Assembly: GCA_031291875.1 (NCBI GenBank) | Contig: JARLIE010000040.1 | Span: 132,088-196,087 of the forward strand | DNA from: Minisyncoccota bacterium | Lineage (GTDB): Bacteria; Patescibacteriota; Minisyncoccia; Phycocordibacterales; UBA2100 | Length of the DNA stretch: 64,000 nucleotides | Direction of reading: 5' to 3' | Shown: positions 22,466 to 31,017 of the stretch, in pieces | Layout of the letters: each line of letters begins with the position of its first letter | How positions within the stretch are numbered: the stretch's first letter is position 1 | The notes under the pieces: model-generated | What the model was told of the DNA's origin: nothing | What the model saw: only the letters and a program-made list of their open reading frames with translations | Databases searched by the model: none | Position numbers and translations under genes: made by a program

Positions 22466-22948
22466 CTATTCCTCTGACTCAAGATTTATCTCGAGAGGAA
22501 TTCTGTCTACCTCAGTGAAGCCTTCTTCGCCAGCTTCTTTTATTAGAACTACAATCGTGTACTCCCCGCTATCGTCAACGGGCAAAGGAGAGAACTTACT
22601 TCGTATGCGAATACTTTTAATACCCTTTTGAATCCCAAAATTATTCGGAGGCAACTCTGCGATAGTATTGCCCTTTGGATTTACAAATTCATATTTAATC
22701 TCGAAAGCTACCGGGTCATCTATTTTTTTTGAAAATCGAGATATTATCTCGAATTCGAACGGAAATGCGTAGCCGTTTGCATTCTCGAGTCTTTTTTGTT
22801 CAAGCATTTCTTTGGTAATTTGAACCGTGAATTTCTCGATCAGATTGTTCAGGCTTAGGTTGTTTGTATCCGCACTCAATACTGAAGAGCTGCAGAGTAC
22901 GGAAAAAAGATGCCTGAGGTTTTTTGTACCGATTTCTTTAAAATTCAT
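22466..22948 (-). CDS. hypothetical protein, third gene of the toxin-antitoxin-like operon
   Basis: ATG overlaps the antitoxin stop as ATGA (translational coupling). 160 aa, AT-rich codons, no recognisable motif. Confidence 0.5.
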   Translation of the reverse strand: MNFKEIGTKNLRHLFSVLCSSSVLSADTNNLSLNNLIEKFTVQITKEMLEQKRLENANGYAFPFEFEIISRFSKKIDDPVAFEIKYEFVNPKGNTIAELPPNNFGIQKGIKSIRIRSKFSPLPVDDSGEYTIVVLIKEAGEEGFTEVDRIPLEINLESEE

Positions 22949-23382
22949 ACGCGAATGTAACTGTAACCCGTTATTGTTCCAAGCCTTTCCTTCGGGGACT
23001 CAGTATTTGCATCTGAAGATGCACTTTTGATCGACAGATCGTTTCGTTGAATAAAACTTGGAATCAATTTCTCGGAAACTTCCTGATCATTTATTGCTGT
23101 AAAGAAATTCGGATTTCCAAAACGCACTTCAAGATAGGTTTTAAAATGGTCAGCGATCTTCTTTAGTGTAGTTAAGTTCGGTAACTGAGCTCCGTTTTCC
23201 AATCGAGAAATCCCAGATTGTTTCGTGCCAATTGCTTCAGCGAGTTGCAGTTGTGTAAGATTCCTCTCAACTCTATTTCGTTCTATTTCACGACCTATCT
23301 GATAAGCAAGGTCTTGTTTAATCTCCAAATCAATGTTTGGGTTTTTTTCACGTATCTTAGTTTTGTAGGTCTTTAGGTCCAT
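22945..23382 (-). CDS. higA: XRE-family HTH antitoxin (HigA-like) with ~70-aa C-terminal extension
   Basis: HTH LTQLQLAEAIGTKQSGISRLENGAQLPNLTTLKKIADHF. Start taken at MDLKTY (ATG 23382) inside the 3' end of the toxin gene. The ORF track's upstream start at 23445 would overlap the toxin by 88 nt. Confidence 0.7.
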   Translation of the reverse strand: MDLKTYKTKIREKNPNIDLEIKQDLAYQIGREIERNRVERNLTQLQLAEAIGTKQSGISRLENGAQLPNLTTLKKIADHFKTYLEVRFGNPNFFTAINDQEVSEKLIPSFIQRNDLSIKSASSDANTESPKERLGTITGYSYIRV

Positions 23383-23743
23383 AGTTTTCAGGTATATTCT
23401 TAATTCTCTCTCGAGCAGATTTGATATGCGTTTTTGGAATATCACCGATTTTCTTTTTCACGAACCCATGTACAAGAATAATTTTGTTTCCGCGAAGACA
23501 TCCTATCAATCGGATTTTCTTTCCCTTATGTTCGATACGAAGATATAGGAGTCCATCTTGAGGGAAACGAATTTTCTCTTTTCGGAACAGTTCGTCTAAA
23601 TATCGTCCATCGAAGCCCTCTTCGAGCATTTCAGCAATTTCGAGCGCTGCAATTTCTCCGAGTGAGTCAAGGAATTCAGCTACATGACATCTTCCGCCGC
23701 CCGATTCATCTTCCCAGAACTCAATGCGGACGGTTTGTTCCAT
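23357..23743 (-). CDS. higB: Gp49-like (DUF891) HigB/RelE-superfamily toxin
   Basis: LYLRIEHKGKKIRLIGCLRGNKIILVHGFVKKKIGDIPKTHIKSARERIKNI matches the Gp49/HigB signature (...yRi.y....iillhgF.KKtqktP..ei..A..R...). Gene order toxin then HTH antitoxin is typical of higBA. Confidence 0.7.
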   Translation of the reverse strand: MEQTVRIEFWEDESGGGRCHVAEFLDSLGEIAALEIAEMLEEGFDGRYLDELFRKEKIRFPQDGLLYLRIEHKGKKIRLIGCLRGNKIILVHGFVKKKIGDIPKTHIKSARERIKNIPENYGPKDLQN

Positions 23744-23770
23744 AATCTATTAAATTCGACCATATATATT

Positions 23771-23792
23771 GATATAACATTGATGTTATATC
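23771..23792. promoter_or_regulatory. perfect 10-2-10 palindrome (GATATAACAT tg ATGTTATATC), candidate operator of the higBA-like operon
   Basis: Lies ~30 nt upstream of the toxin start codon in the AT-rich promoter region. Type II TA operons are typically autorepressed at such palindromes. Confidence 0.5.
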
Positions 23793-23857
23793 CAATTATT
23801 AAGACGGTCAAGTGTTTCCAGGCTTACAATGCTCAGTAAGTCGAGTACAATTAAAAA

Positions 23858-24640
23858 ATGACTTGGGCGACTCGTCGACGCATTGCGTACCTCACCGGCG
23901 TTTTCATTTTTTTTGCGATCGTGGTGGGCGGACCACTCGCGTACCATTTTTTGACGATTCCACCGACGTGCCACGACGGCATCCAAAACCAGGGAGAAAC
24001 AGCGATCGATGAGGGCGGTCCCTGCCTGCTTTTGAATCCAGCCGACCTGCAGCCGCAAGGTATTTTGTGGGCGCGAACGTTCCTTGTACGGCAAGGGGTC
24101 GCGGATGCGGTTGCGTACATCGACAACCCGAATCAGAATGCCGCCGTCATGCAAGTTCCGTACGAATTCACCTTGTACGACAGCAAAAACGCGCTCGTCG
24201 CCGACCTCACCGGACAGACCTTCATCATGCCTGGCGGCGTCACACCCGTCTTCGCCGGAAACATCAACGTCGGCAACCGGGTGCCGACATACGCGCAGCT
24301 CAAATTTGGCGCAGCGCTTGTATGGGAGCGAGCGATCGGATTTTCCCAAGGCATCAAAATTTCCAACCTTCAGACGACACAAAGCGCGAATTCTTCGCAA
24401 GTAACAGCGACAGTCACCGACGCATCGGTTTCGGATATTTCAAATATTATTTTCGTTGCGACGGTCTTCGATCCGGGCGGCAACGCGATCGCGACGTCGC
24501 AGACGGCGCTCCAGAAGCTCGCCGCGGGCGCGAGCGACCAGGTCTACTTCACCTGGCCCTCCGCCTTCTCGGCGACCGTTGGCAGTATCGATATTATCCC
24601 GCTTGTTCAACCTGAGCCCGATCCGAGCGCTCAGCAGTAA
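23858..24640 (+). CDS. hypothetical membrane-anchored extracytoplasmic protein
   Basis: N-terminal TM (LTGVFIFFAIVVGGPLAY), then a beta-rich domain. Sits immediately upstream of ftsW. Confidence 0.45.
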   Translation: MTWATRRRIAYLTGVFIFFAIVVGGPLAYHFLTIPPTCHDGIQNQGETAIDEGGPCLLLNPADLQPQGILWARTFLVRQGVADAVAYIDNPNQNAAVMQVPYEFTLYDSKNALVADLTGQTFIMPGGVTPVFAGNINVGNRVPTYAQLKFGAALVWERAIGFSQGIKISNLQTTQSANSSQVTATVTDASVSDISNIIFVATVFDPGGNAIATSQTALQKLAAGASDQVYFTWPSAFSATVGSIDIIPLVQPEPDPSAQQ

Positions 24641-24649
24641 TTTTTCGGT

Positions 24650-25795
24650 ATGCTGCACGGTAAACGTAAGAGCGCATTTCGCACGTTTTCGCATATCGAT
24701 TTTTATTTGTTCGCCGCCGCACTTTCGATTTCCTTGCTCGGGCTTTTCACCATGCGCAGCTTCTCCGTGCAGAACGATTTCTTCGACCGCCAAATCGTCT
24801 GGATTTGTATCGCGGTGCTCGTGTTCTTTGTATCCAGCCTCCTCGACTATTCCTTCTTGCGGCGCACGCAGATCCTGACCGGTTTGTACGTCGCAATTCT
24901 CGCGCTCCTGTCGCTTATCTTCGTATTCGGCTCCGTCGTAAAAGGTGGCCAAAACCGTTTCAACCTGGGACTCTTTTTCGTGCAGCCTGCAGACCCGGCA
25001 AAGCTCGTGCTCGCGGCGGTCTTGGCAAAGTATTTTGCGCGGCGCCACGTCGAGATCGCACACGTCCGGCATATCGTCGTTTCGGGCGTCTACGCATTCG
25101 GGCTCTTTGTTTTGGTTTTCTTGCAGCCAGATCTTGGCAGTGCCATCATTATCGCTTCGATATGGCTCGGCATGGTGCTTGTCGCCGGCATCTCCTGGAG
25201 GCACCTCGCGACACTTTTTATTACGGCGGCCGTGATTCTCACGGGACTCTGGCATTTCGGACTGCACCAGTATCAAAAGGACCGCATCCTCACCTTTATC
25301 CACCCGCTTACGAATATTCAAACGACCGGGTACAACGCATACCAGTCGACGGTTGCAGTCGGCTCCGGCCAAATCTTCGGGAAGGGGATCGGCTACGGCA
25401 CGCAGTCGAAATTGCAATTCCTTCCGGAATACCAGACCGACTTCATTTTCGCCGCCTACTCGGAGGAGTGGGGATTCGTCGGCGTCTTGCTACTGATCGG
25501 TCTTTTCACGATCGTCATCCTGCGTATTCTCGCAATCTCCGCTCGCGGCGCGGATAATTTCGATATGCTGTTTGCGGCGGGTATCGCGATCTATTTCACC
25601 TCACAGTTTCTTGTGCACGCTGGCATGGACATGGGACTGCTACCGATCACTGGCACCACATTGCCCTTTATGAGCTATGGTGGCTCGCACCTCTTGACCG
25701 AGTATTTCGCGCTTGGCGTTTTGATGAGCATGCGTAAGCATGCACGCCCGACGCTCCAAGCGCGCGACGAAACGGAAATTGTCGGCGCGCTGTAA
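24650..25795 (+). CDS. ftsW: SEDS-family peptidoglycan glycosyltransferase FtsW/RodA
   Basis: 10-TM protein with conserved C-terminal block GYGTQSKLQFLPEYQTDFIFAAYSEEWGFVG...LPITGTTLPFMSYGGSHLL. Confidence 0.85.
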   Translation: MLHGKRKSAFRTFSHIDFYLFAAALSISLLGLFTMRSFSVQNDFFDRQIVWICIAVLVFFVSSLLDYSFLRRTQILTGLYVAILALLSLIFVFGSVVKGGQNRFNLGLFFVQPADPAKLVLAAVLAKYFARRHVEIAHVRHIVVSGVYAFGLFVLVFLQPDLGSAIIIASIWLGMVLVAGISWRHLATLFITAAVILTGLWHFGLHQYQKDRILTFIHPLTNIQTTGYNAYQSTVAVGSGQIFGKGIGYGTQSKLQFLPEYQTDFIFAAYSEEWGFVGVLLLIGLFTIVILRILAISARGADNFDMLFAAGIAIYFTSQFLVHAGMDMGLLPITGTTLPFMSYGGSHLLTEYFALGVLMSMRKHARPTLQARDETEIVGAL

Positions 25796-25804
25796 GTGCG
25801 CCTA

Positions 25805-26797
25805 CTACTTGAGGTACAGCAAGGTGGTCCGCTTGAGCATGTTCTCGAGTGAGAACTCGCTGAGGTCTTTGGCGTCCAGAATTTCGCCAACGCCGCCGAC
25901 ACGATTCGCTTCGATCGGGATCCCTGCTGCTCGCGCTTCGATCACTACGTAGGGAAGTCCCTCCTTGATGGAGGGCAGCGCGAATACATCGAATCCTCGA
26001 ATCACTTCTTCAATTCGGATAAACCCGAAGAATTTGACCCGCGTTTCTAAGCCGTATTCGTGAACCATTTGCTCCAGCCGCGTCCGCTCTTCTCCCTCGC
26101 CGACGATCGCAAGGTACTTGTTTGGGTCGTTTTTCGCGGCTTCGATGAGCGAACCGATGTTTTTGTTTTTCGTGAGCTCGGCGACGGTACCCGTGATACG
26201 AATGCCGGGCGGAAAAGCCGAGCGGATAAGGTCCCCGTTGCCGTACGACTTGTGGAGGTCGATACCGTTATAAATTCGGACTGCTTTTTTTCCGATCAAG
26301 GGCATGCGGCGCGCGGCTGCCAGATCGGCATCCGAAACGCAAATGACATCCGTTGCAAGGAGTGCGGTAAGCCAAGAGGCGCACCAAATCGCTACGCGAC
26401 TCAAAAACCCGCGATCTTCGCGAAACGGCCAGCCGTGCGCGGTGAAAACGATCCTTCGCACTCCCGCGAGGCGTCCGGCAAGCGCGCCGAGCGCGCCGGC
26501 TTTGGAGCTGTTGAGGTGGACGATCTCTGGCCGCTCGTTTCGAAGGAAAGCGAGGATTTCGAAGAAACTTTTTACGTCCGACCTAAAAGAGACATCTCTT
26601 GCGAGTGAAGGAAGTCGGAATGTTTTGATTCCGACAATCGCGAGGTCCTCAGAAAGTTTTCCTTCCGAGCCGTAGGCGACGACCGGGTCGAACTGGTCGC
26701 GGGGGAGGTTGGTGACGATGTCGAAAACGTACTGTTGCGCGCCGCCCCAAAATCCCTTGGTGATCAAAAAGAGAATCTTACGGCGAGCTTGATTCAT
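25805..26797 (-). CDS. glycosyltransferase family 4
   Basis: GT4 C-terminal signature (FALPSIKEGLPYVVIEARAAGIPIEANRVGGVGEIL, an E-x7-E-like motif). Start taken at MNQARRK to avoid overlapping the divergent gene. Confidence 0.75.
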   Translation of the reverse strand: MNQARRKILFLITKGFWGGAQQYVFDIVTNLPRDQFDPVVAYGSEGKLSEDLAIVGIKTFRLPSLARDVSFRSDVKSFFEILAFLRNERPEIVHLNSSKAGALGALAGRLAGVRRIVFTAHGWPFREDRGFLSRVAIWCASWLTALLATDVICVSDADLAAARRMPLIGKKAVRIYNGIDLHKSYGNGDLIRSAFPPGIRITGTVAELTKNKNIGSLIEAAKNDPNKYLAIVGEGEERTRLEQMVHEYGLETRVKFFGFIRIEEVIRGFDVFALPSIKEGLPYVVIEARAAGIPIEANRVGGVGEILDAKDLSEFSLENMLKRTTLLYLK

Positions 26798-26816
26798 ACC
26801 TAAGTTAATGTCATAA

Positions 26817-28181
26817 ATGATACACGTTATGACTCTAATGCCCAAGCGCGAGTATCTAGCGCTTTTGATCGGCGATATCTTGGTGTTTATCGCCGCGCTT
26901 TGGCTCACTCTCGCGCTTCGCTACCTGCAGCCGCCGTCTCCGGAGCTCTTCCGGCTCCACTTTGTTCCATTTTCCATTCTGTTCATCGTGTGGATTTTCG
27001 TGTTCTTTCTTGCGGGATTGTACTCACGTCATACGCCACTTTTTCGTAGCAGACTCTTTTCGACGATCATGTACGCACAGATCATCAATATCTTGATCGC
27101 CGCGCTGTTTTTCTTCTTAACGCCTGTATTCGGAATCGCACCGAAAACAAATCTTTTGCTCTATCTTGTCGTTTCGTTCGTACTCATTTTTCTCTGGCGC
27201 GTTTCACTCTATCCGCGGGTTCGCGCGGGTAGGAAGATTCGCGGCGTTTTGATCGCTTCCGGTCCAGACGCCAAACGTCTTGCAGACGAAGTGAAGGGCG
27301 GGAGGTACGAATTCATCTTTGATCACGTGATCGATACGAAGGAGGCGCCCTCGCACGAGGTCATCCAGCGCGCATGCCGTCTCGCCGTCGATGCCGGCGT
27401 ATCGTTCATTGTCGTTGATCTTTCGGATCGTGCGGTCTCTTCAGCGCTGCCGATTATCTACGATGCCGCCTTTCACAAAGAACGCTTCGCACTACTGAAC
27501 GCGGTCGACCTCTACCAAGAGGTGTTCGAACGAGAACCGCTTTCGCTCATTAACTACGAATGGGTGTTGAGTAATATCGGTACGTCGCGTCTCTATGATG
27601 TTCTGAAACGCGCACTCGATTTCGTTGTTGCGGCGCTGCTTGGAATCGTTTCGCTCGTGTTCTATCCGTTCGTCATTGCGGCCATCAAACTCGACGACGG
27701 CGGTTCTATTTTCATCACGCAATCCCGTGTCGGGCGGTATCAGGAGCCGATCAAAATCGTGAAGTTTAGGAGTATGAGCGGGAACGACGAAGGTCGCTAC
27801 GGCAAAAGCGGTAAAAGTACACTCAAGGTGACCCGGGTCGGAAAATGGATCCGCCTGCTTCGCATCGACGAGCTGCCGCAGCTTTGGAACGTGCTTCGGG
27901 GTGATCTCTCGCTCGTAGGGCCGCGACCGGAGTTGCCGGCGATTGCGAGCGTCTATAGCGCCAAAATTCCGTACTACAATGCACGCTACCTCGTTGCTCC
28001 TGGTCTTACGGGCTGGGCGCAGCTCAAGCACGATCGCGATCCGCACCACGGGCATGATATTTCGGAGACCAAAGAAAAGCTTTCGTTCGATCTCTACTAC
28101 CTCAAACATCGGTCGTTTCTGTTGGATCTTTACATAATCTTCCAGACCGTTCGGATTGTGCTCTCCGCGCGCGGGTCATAA
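26817..28181 (+). CDS. undecaprenyl-phosphate sugar phosphotransferase (bacterial sugar transferase, WbaP/WcaJ-like)
   Basis: C-terminal catalytic domain LKRALDFVVAALLGIVSLVFYPFVIAAIKLDDGGSIFITQSRVG...LPQLWNVLRGDLSLVGPRPE with N-terminal TM helices. Confidence 0.8.
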   Translation: MIHVMTLMPKREYLALLIGDILVFIAALWLTLALRYLQPPSPELFRLHFVPFSILFIVWIFVFFLAGLYSRHTPLFRSRLFSTIMYAQIINILIAALFFFLTPVFGIAPKTNLLLYLVVSFVLIFLWRVSLYPRVRAGRKIRGVLIASGPDAKRLADEVKGGRYEFIFDHVIDTKEAPSHEVIQRACRLAVDAGVSFIVVDLSDRAVSSALPIIYDAAFHKERFALLNAVDLYQEVFEREPLSLINYEWVLSNIGTSRLYDVLKRALDFVVAALLGIVSLVFYPFVIAAIKLDDGGSIFITQSRVGRYQEPIKIVKFRSMSGNDEGRYGKSGKSTLKVTRVGKWIRLLRIDELPQLWNVLRGDLSLVGPRPELPAIASVYSAKIPYYNARYLVAPGLTGWAQLKHDRDPHHGHDISETKEKLSFDLYYLKHRSFLLDLYIIFQTVRIVLSARGS

Positions 28182-28237
28182 CTCGGCGGCTATTTCGGAC
28201 GCTAGAACTGCACCGGCGGTTCATGTACAATAGATTG

Positions 28238-29155
28238 ATGGAAAAAGTAGTGGTGACCGGCGGAGCCGGTTTTATCGGTTCTAACCTCGTCGACGCGTTG
28301 CTCGAAAAAGGACACGAAGTGCACGTGGTCGACAATTATGCCGGCGGCAAGCGTGAAGACCGTTTGAATCCCAAAGCCACGTATCACGAACTCGACGTCC
28401 GCTCGACCGACGCCACCAAACCCGTGTTCGACGGCGCGAGTGTTGTTTTTCACACAGCCGCGATTCCTCGCGTGCAATATTCTGTTGATTATCCCGTTGA
28501 AACGACCGACCAAAATATAACCGGCACGGTTTCTGTCCTCGCGGCGGCGGTTCAGGCGAAGGTTCGCCGCGTCGTCTATTCGGCTTCGGGCTCGGCCTAT
28601 GGCGAGCAAACACAGTTGCCACTCGTCGAAACCATGATCGCGAACCCGGTCAATCCGTACGGATTGCAAAAACACGTTGGCGAGTTGTTCTGCAAGGTTT
28701 GGTCTGGAATCTACGGCCTCGAAACGGTCTCGCTACGCTATTTTAATGTCTATGGTCCCAAGCTCGATCCGACCGGTGCGTACGCGCTCGCGGTAGGCGC
28801 TTTCTTGTTGGCAAAAAAGGAAGGTCGTCCGCTCACGATATTCGGCGACGGCACGATCACCCGCGACTACACCAATGTGCGCGATGTGGTGAACGCCAAC
28901 ATGCTTGCCGCAAACGCCGCGACAGTCGGCAAAGGCGAAGTCATTAATATTGGCGCAGGCCGCAACGTCACTATTCAGTATCTCGCGGAGCTCATCAACG
29001 GCGGCAAAGAGGGAATCGTCTACGGGCCGCCTCGCGTTGAGGCCCACGATTCACAAGCCGACAACCGCAAAGCAAAAGAATTGCTCGGCTGGATCCCGAC
29101 CGTCTCCTTGGAAGAAGGGGTCGCCGAACTTAAAAAGCAATTCGGGCTTGCATGA
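28238..29155 (+). CDS. NAD-dependent sugar-nucleotide epimerase/dehydratase (SDR family)
   Basis: MEKVVVTGGAGFIGSNLVDALLEKGHEVHVVDN (Rossmann GxxGxxG) with YxxxK later. Alternative upstream ATG at 28223. Confidence 0.8.
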   Translation: MEKVVVTGGAGFIGSNLVDALLEKGHEVHVVDNYAGGKREDRLNPKATYHELDVRSTDATKPVFDGASVVFHTAAIPRVQYSVDYPVETTDQNITGTVSVLAAAVQAKVRRVVYSASGSAYGEQTQLPLVETMIANPVNPYGLQKHVGELFCKVWSGIYGLETVSLRYFNVYGPKLDPTGAYALAVGAFLLAKKEGRPLTIFGDGTITRDYTNVRDVVNANMLAANAATVGKGEVINIGAGRNVTIQYLAELINGGKEGIVYGPPRVEAHDSQADNRKAKELLGWIPTVSLEEGVAELKKQFGLA

Positions 29156-29952
29156 GGATAGACGGCAAAGAGCTCGCGGGGCGCGTGTATGCGCAGCTGC
29201 TTGAACGGCGCAAAACAGTTGCTCGCGCGCCTCGGCTGGGAATCATCGTCGGTGGAAACGATCCGGTGATCGAATCGTTCGTGCGAATCAAATCTCGTGC
29301 TGCGAACCGGCTCGACGTCGAGCTGGTACGTGTCGATCTTGGCGAGCATGAAACGACTGATCGCGCGATCGCCGCTATCCGCACGCTCGCGATTGAAGTC
29401 GACGGGATCATCGTGCAGCTCCCGCTTCCGGGAACACTCGATGTAAACGCCGTCCTGTCCGTCATTCCCGATGATAAAGATATTGATTCGATTTCGACCG
29501 CGACACCGGAGCATGCCGTCGACGCGCCGGTTGCTGGGGCCATCGCCGAAATACTGCACCAGACGGGCGTTGACCCAAAGGGGAAGCAGGCGGTCGTCGT
29601 GGGCGCCGGCCGTCTCGTGGGAAATCCCGCAGTGCATTTGCTTGAACGATTGGGGGCAAACGTCTCTTCCATTACGCTCGAGCAAGGCTCTCTTGATGAT
29701 TTAAAAATGGCGGACATTGTCGTGTGTGGCGCCGGCAATCCGGGCTTTATCAAGCCAGAACATTTGAAACCCGGAGTGGTTTTGCTGGATGCCGGTACTT
29801 CGGAACAAAGCGGCAAGGTGGTGGGGGATTGCGATCCTTCCTGCGAAGCGATTGCGTCGGTTTTTACCCCTGTGCCGGGCGGCATAGGTCCCGTCGCTAT
29901 CGCGATGATTTTCAAAAATTTGCTCGACCTCATCGAGGCAAAAAAGAAGTGA
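29152..29952 (+). CDS. folD: bifunctional methylenetetrahydrofolate dehydrogenase/cyclohydrolase
   Basis: IDGKELAGRVYAQLLER...VGGNDPVIESFVRIK...VVVGAGRLVGNPAVHLLERLGANV...DIVVCGAGNPGFIKPEHLKPGVVLLDAG, colinear with FolD. Confidence 0.8.
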   Translation: MRIDGKELAGRVYAQLLERRKTVARAPRLGIIVGGNDPVIESFVRIKSRAANRLDVELVRVDLGEHETTDRAIAAIRTLAIEVDGIIVQLPLPGTLDVNAVLSVIPDDKDIDSISTATPEHAVDAPVAGAIAEILHQTGVDPKGKQAVVVGAGRLVGNPAVHLLERLGANVSSITLEQGSLDDLKMADIVVCGAGNPGFIKPEHLKPGVVLLDAGTSEQSGKVVGDCDPSCEAIASVFTPVPGGIGPVAIAMIFKNLLDLIEAKKK

Positions 29953-29979
29953 CCCGACTTTTGGTCGGGCCACGTTGGC

Positions 29980-30855
29980 TCAGAGACTAAGCGTTTTGGC
30001 GAACGCTTGGATCTCGTCATGATGACTCAAGAGCCATGCCACGTCGCCACCGTCCGCGACAGGATGGACGAATGAAACGATGGTGTAGCGATCTTCACCG
30101 GTCGTTCGCTCGTTGCGCACTCCATGGGGCGTTCCAAATCCGAAATCGCCCCTGCCGATAGCAGCATATTTTCTGCCCGGAAAGACGAGAACAGATTCGA
30201 AACCGACGTCCCGTACCCGCGTGCGATTGTAGTCGTTGTCGAATAGCACCAGGCCCGGGTGGGTTGCGCCCCAGTGAATCGAGAACAGCGAACGATCGAA
30301 GTGCGGATGAGCGTCGTTTGCGCTGTTCCATGGGTAGCGCAGCACGCGAGTGATACAGCGGCCTTCGCGAATACGTTTCGCCATTGAGCCGGGATACCGA
30401 TGCGCCGGCTCCGTCGCAAGCCTTCGCGCGTCGAAACGTGCCGCAAGTGGAAGCGAGATCTCCCGCGCTTTTGAGTCGAGGTCGTGCAGGGCCGACATGA
30501 ACGCACCAACATCGCTTTGCTCGTACCGCTGCGCGCAGTACGCCTCCGGCGTGTACTGGAATGTCCACTTGCGTTCCGTGTCGTTTCGAAACGTGAGGCC
30601 GACTTCTTGCGCGTAGTGCGTTCCGTACGCGTCGCAATCGTGAATATGCCAGTTGAACAGCGTTTGGAGCGCGGGATCGTTCGTGATCCTGCGCATACCG
30701 GTACGAACGACATTGAAACGCGACTTCAAGAAGTCCTTTTCGATCGGTGCTTCGGTATAGCCGTTGCGCATGATCGCGAGCTCTGCGTTCATCGCCTGGA
30801 AATGCCTCGAGAAGTCGATTCTGCGTTTGGGAAACGTCGCTAGGTCCATGACCAT
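29980..30855 (-). CDS. hypothetical protein, possibly 2OG-Fe(II)-oxygenase-like
   Basis: Start taken at MVMDLATF. A His/Asp-containing segment (HWGATHPGLVLFDND ... TIVSFVH) loosely resembles a 2-His-1-carboxylate site; weak. Confidence 0.35.
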   Translation of the reverse strand: MVMDLATFPKRRIDFSRHFQAMNAELAIMRNGYTEAPIEKDFLKSRFNVVRTGMRRITNDPALQTLFNWHIHDCDAYGTHYAQEVGLTFRNDTERKWTFQYTPEAYCAQRYEQSDVGAFMSALHDLDSKAREISLPLAARFDARRLATEPAHRYPGSMAKRIREGRCITRVLRYPWNSANDAHPHFDRSLFSIHWGATHPGLVLFDNDYNRTRVRDVGFESVLVFPGRKYAAIGRGDFGFGTPHGVRNERTTGEDRYTIVSFVHPVADGGDVAWLLSHHDEIQAFAKTLSL

Positions 30856-31017
30856 TCCTCTCTGGTGGGATGTGAAAGTTCTGAAGAAACCCTCTGGGAA
30901 AAGCCTAGCACGCTCTAAAAGAGGCGCCAGTTTTGCTGTGGCGGCCGTACGCTGCACGGGAATCTGGGGTTTGGTCGCTCTATTGCGTCATTTTTCACGC
31001 CAAGTATACTGCTGCCC

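Larger units (their letters stand above)
22464..23860. mobile_element. AT-rich putative horizontally acquired islet carrying a HigB/Gp49-HTH-unknown three-gene operon (no integrase seen)
   Basis: Visibly AT-rich sequence and codon usage against GC-rich flanks. Bounded by the 5S 3'-fragment repeat on one side and an AT-rich palindrome-containing region on the other. Confidence 0.35.

Noticed and set aside
24440-25417. 325-aa minus-strand ORF, and many similar R/S/A-rich ORFs (e.g. 6144-6803, 7119-7559, 27492-28109, 29130-30020, 30027-30713, 31021-32337, 47704-48522, 50943-51608, 56555-57352, 59052-59894)
   Set aside because: All lie antisense or out-of-frame within well-supported genes (ftsW, surface protein, sugar transferase, folD, secD, murC, ATPase, GTs). 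Their Arg/Ser/Pro-rich composition is characteristic of spurious ORFs in high-GC DNA.
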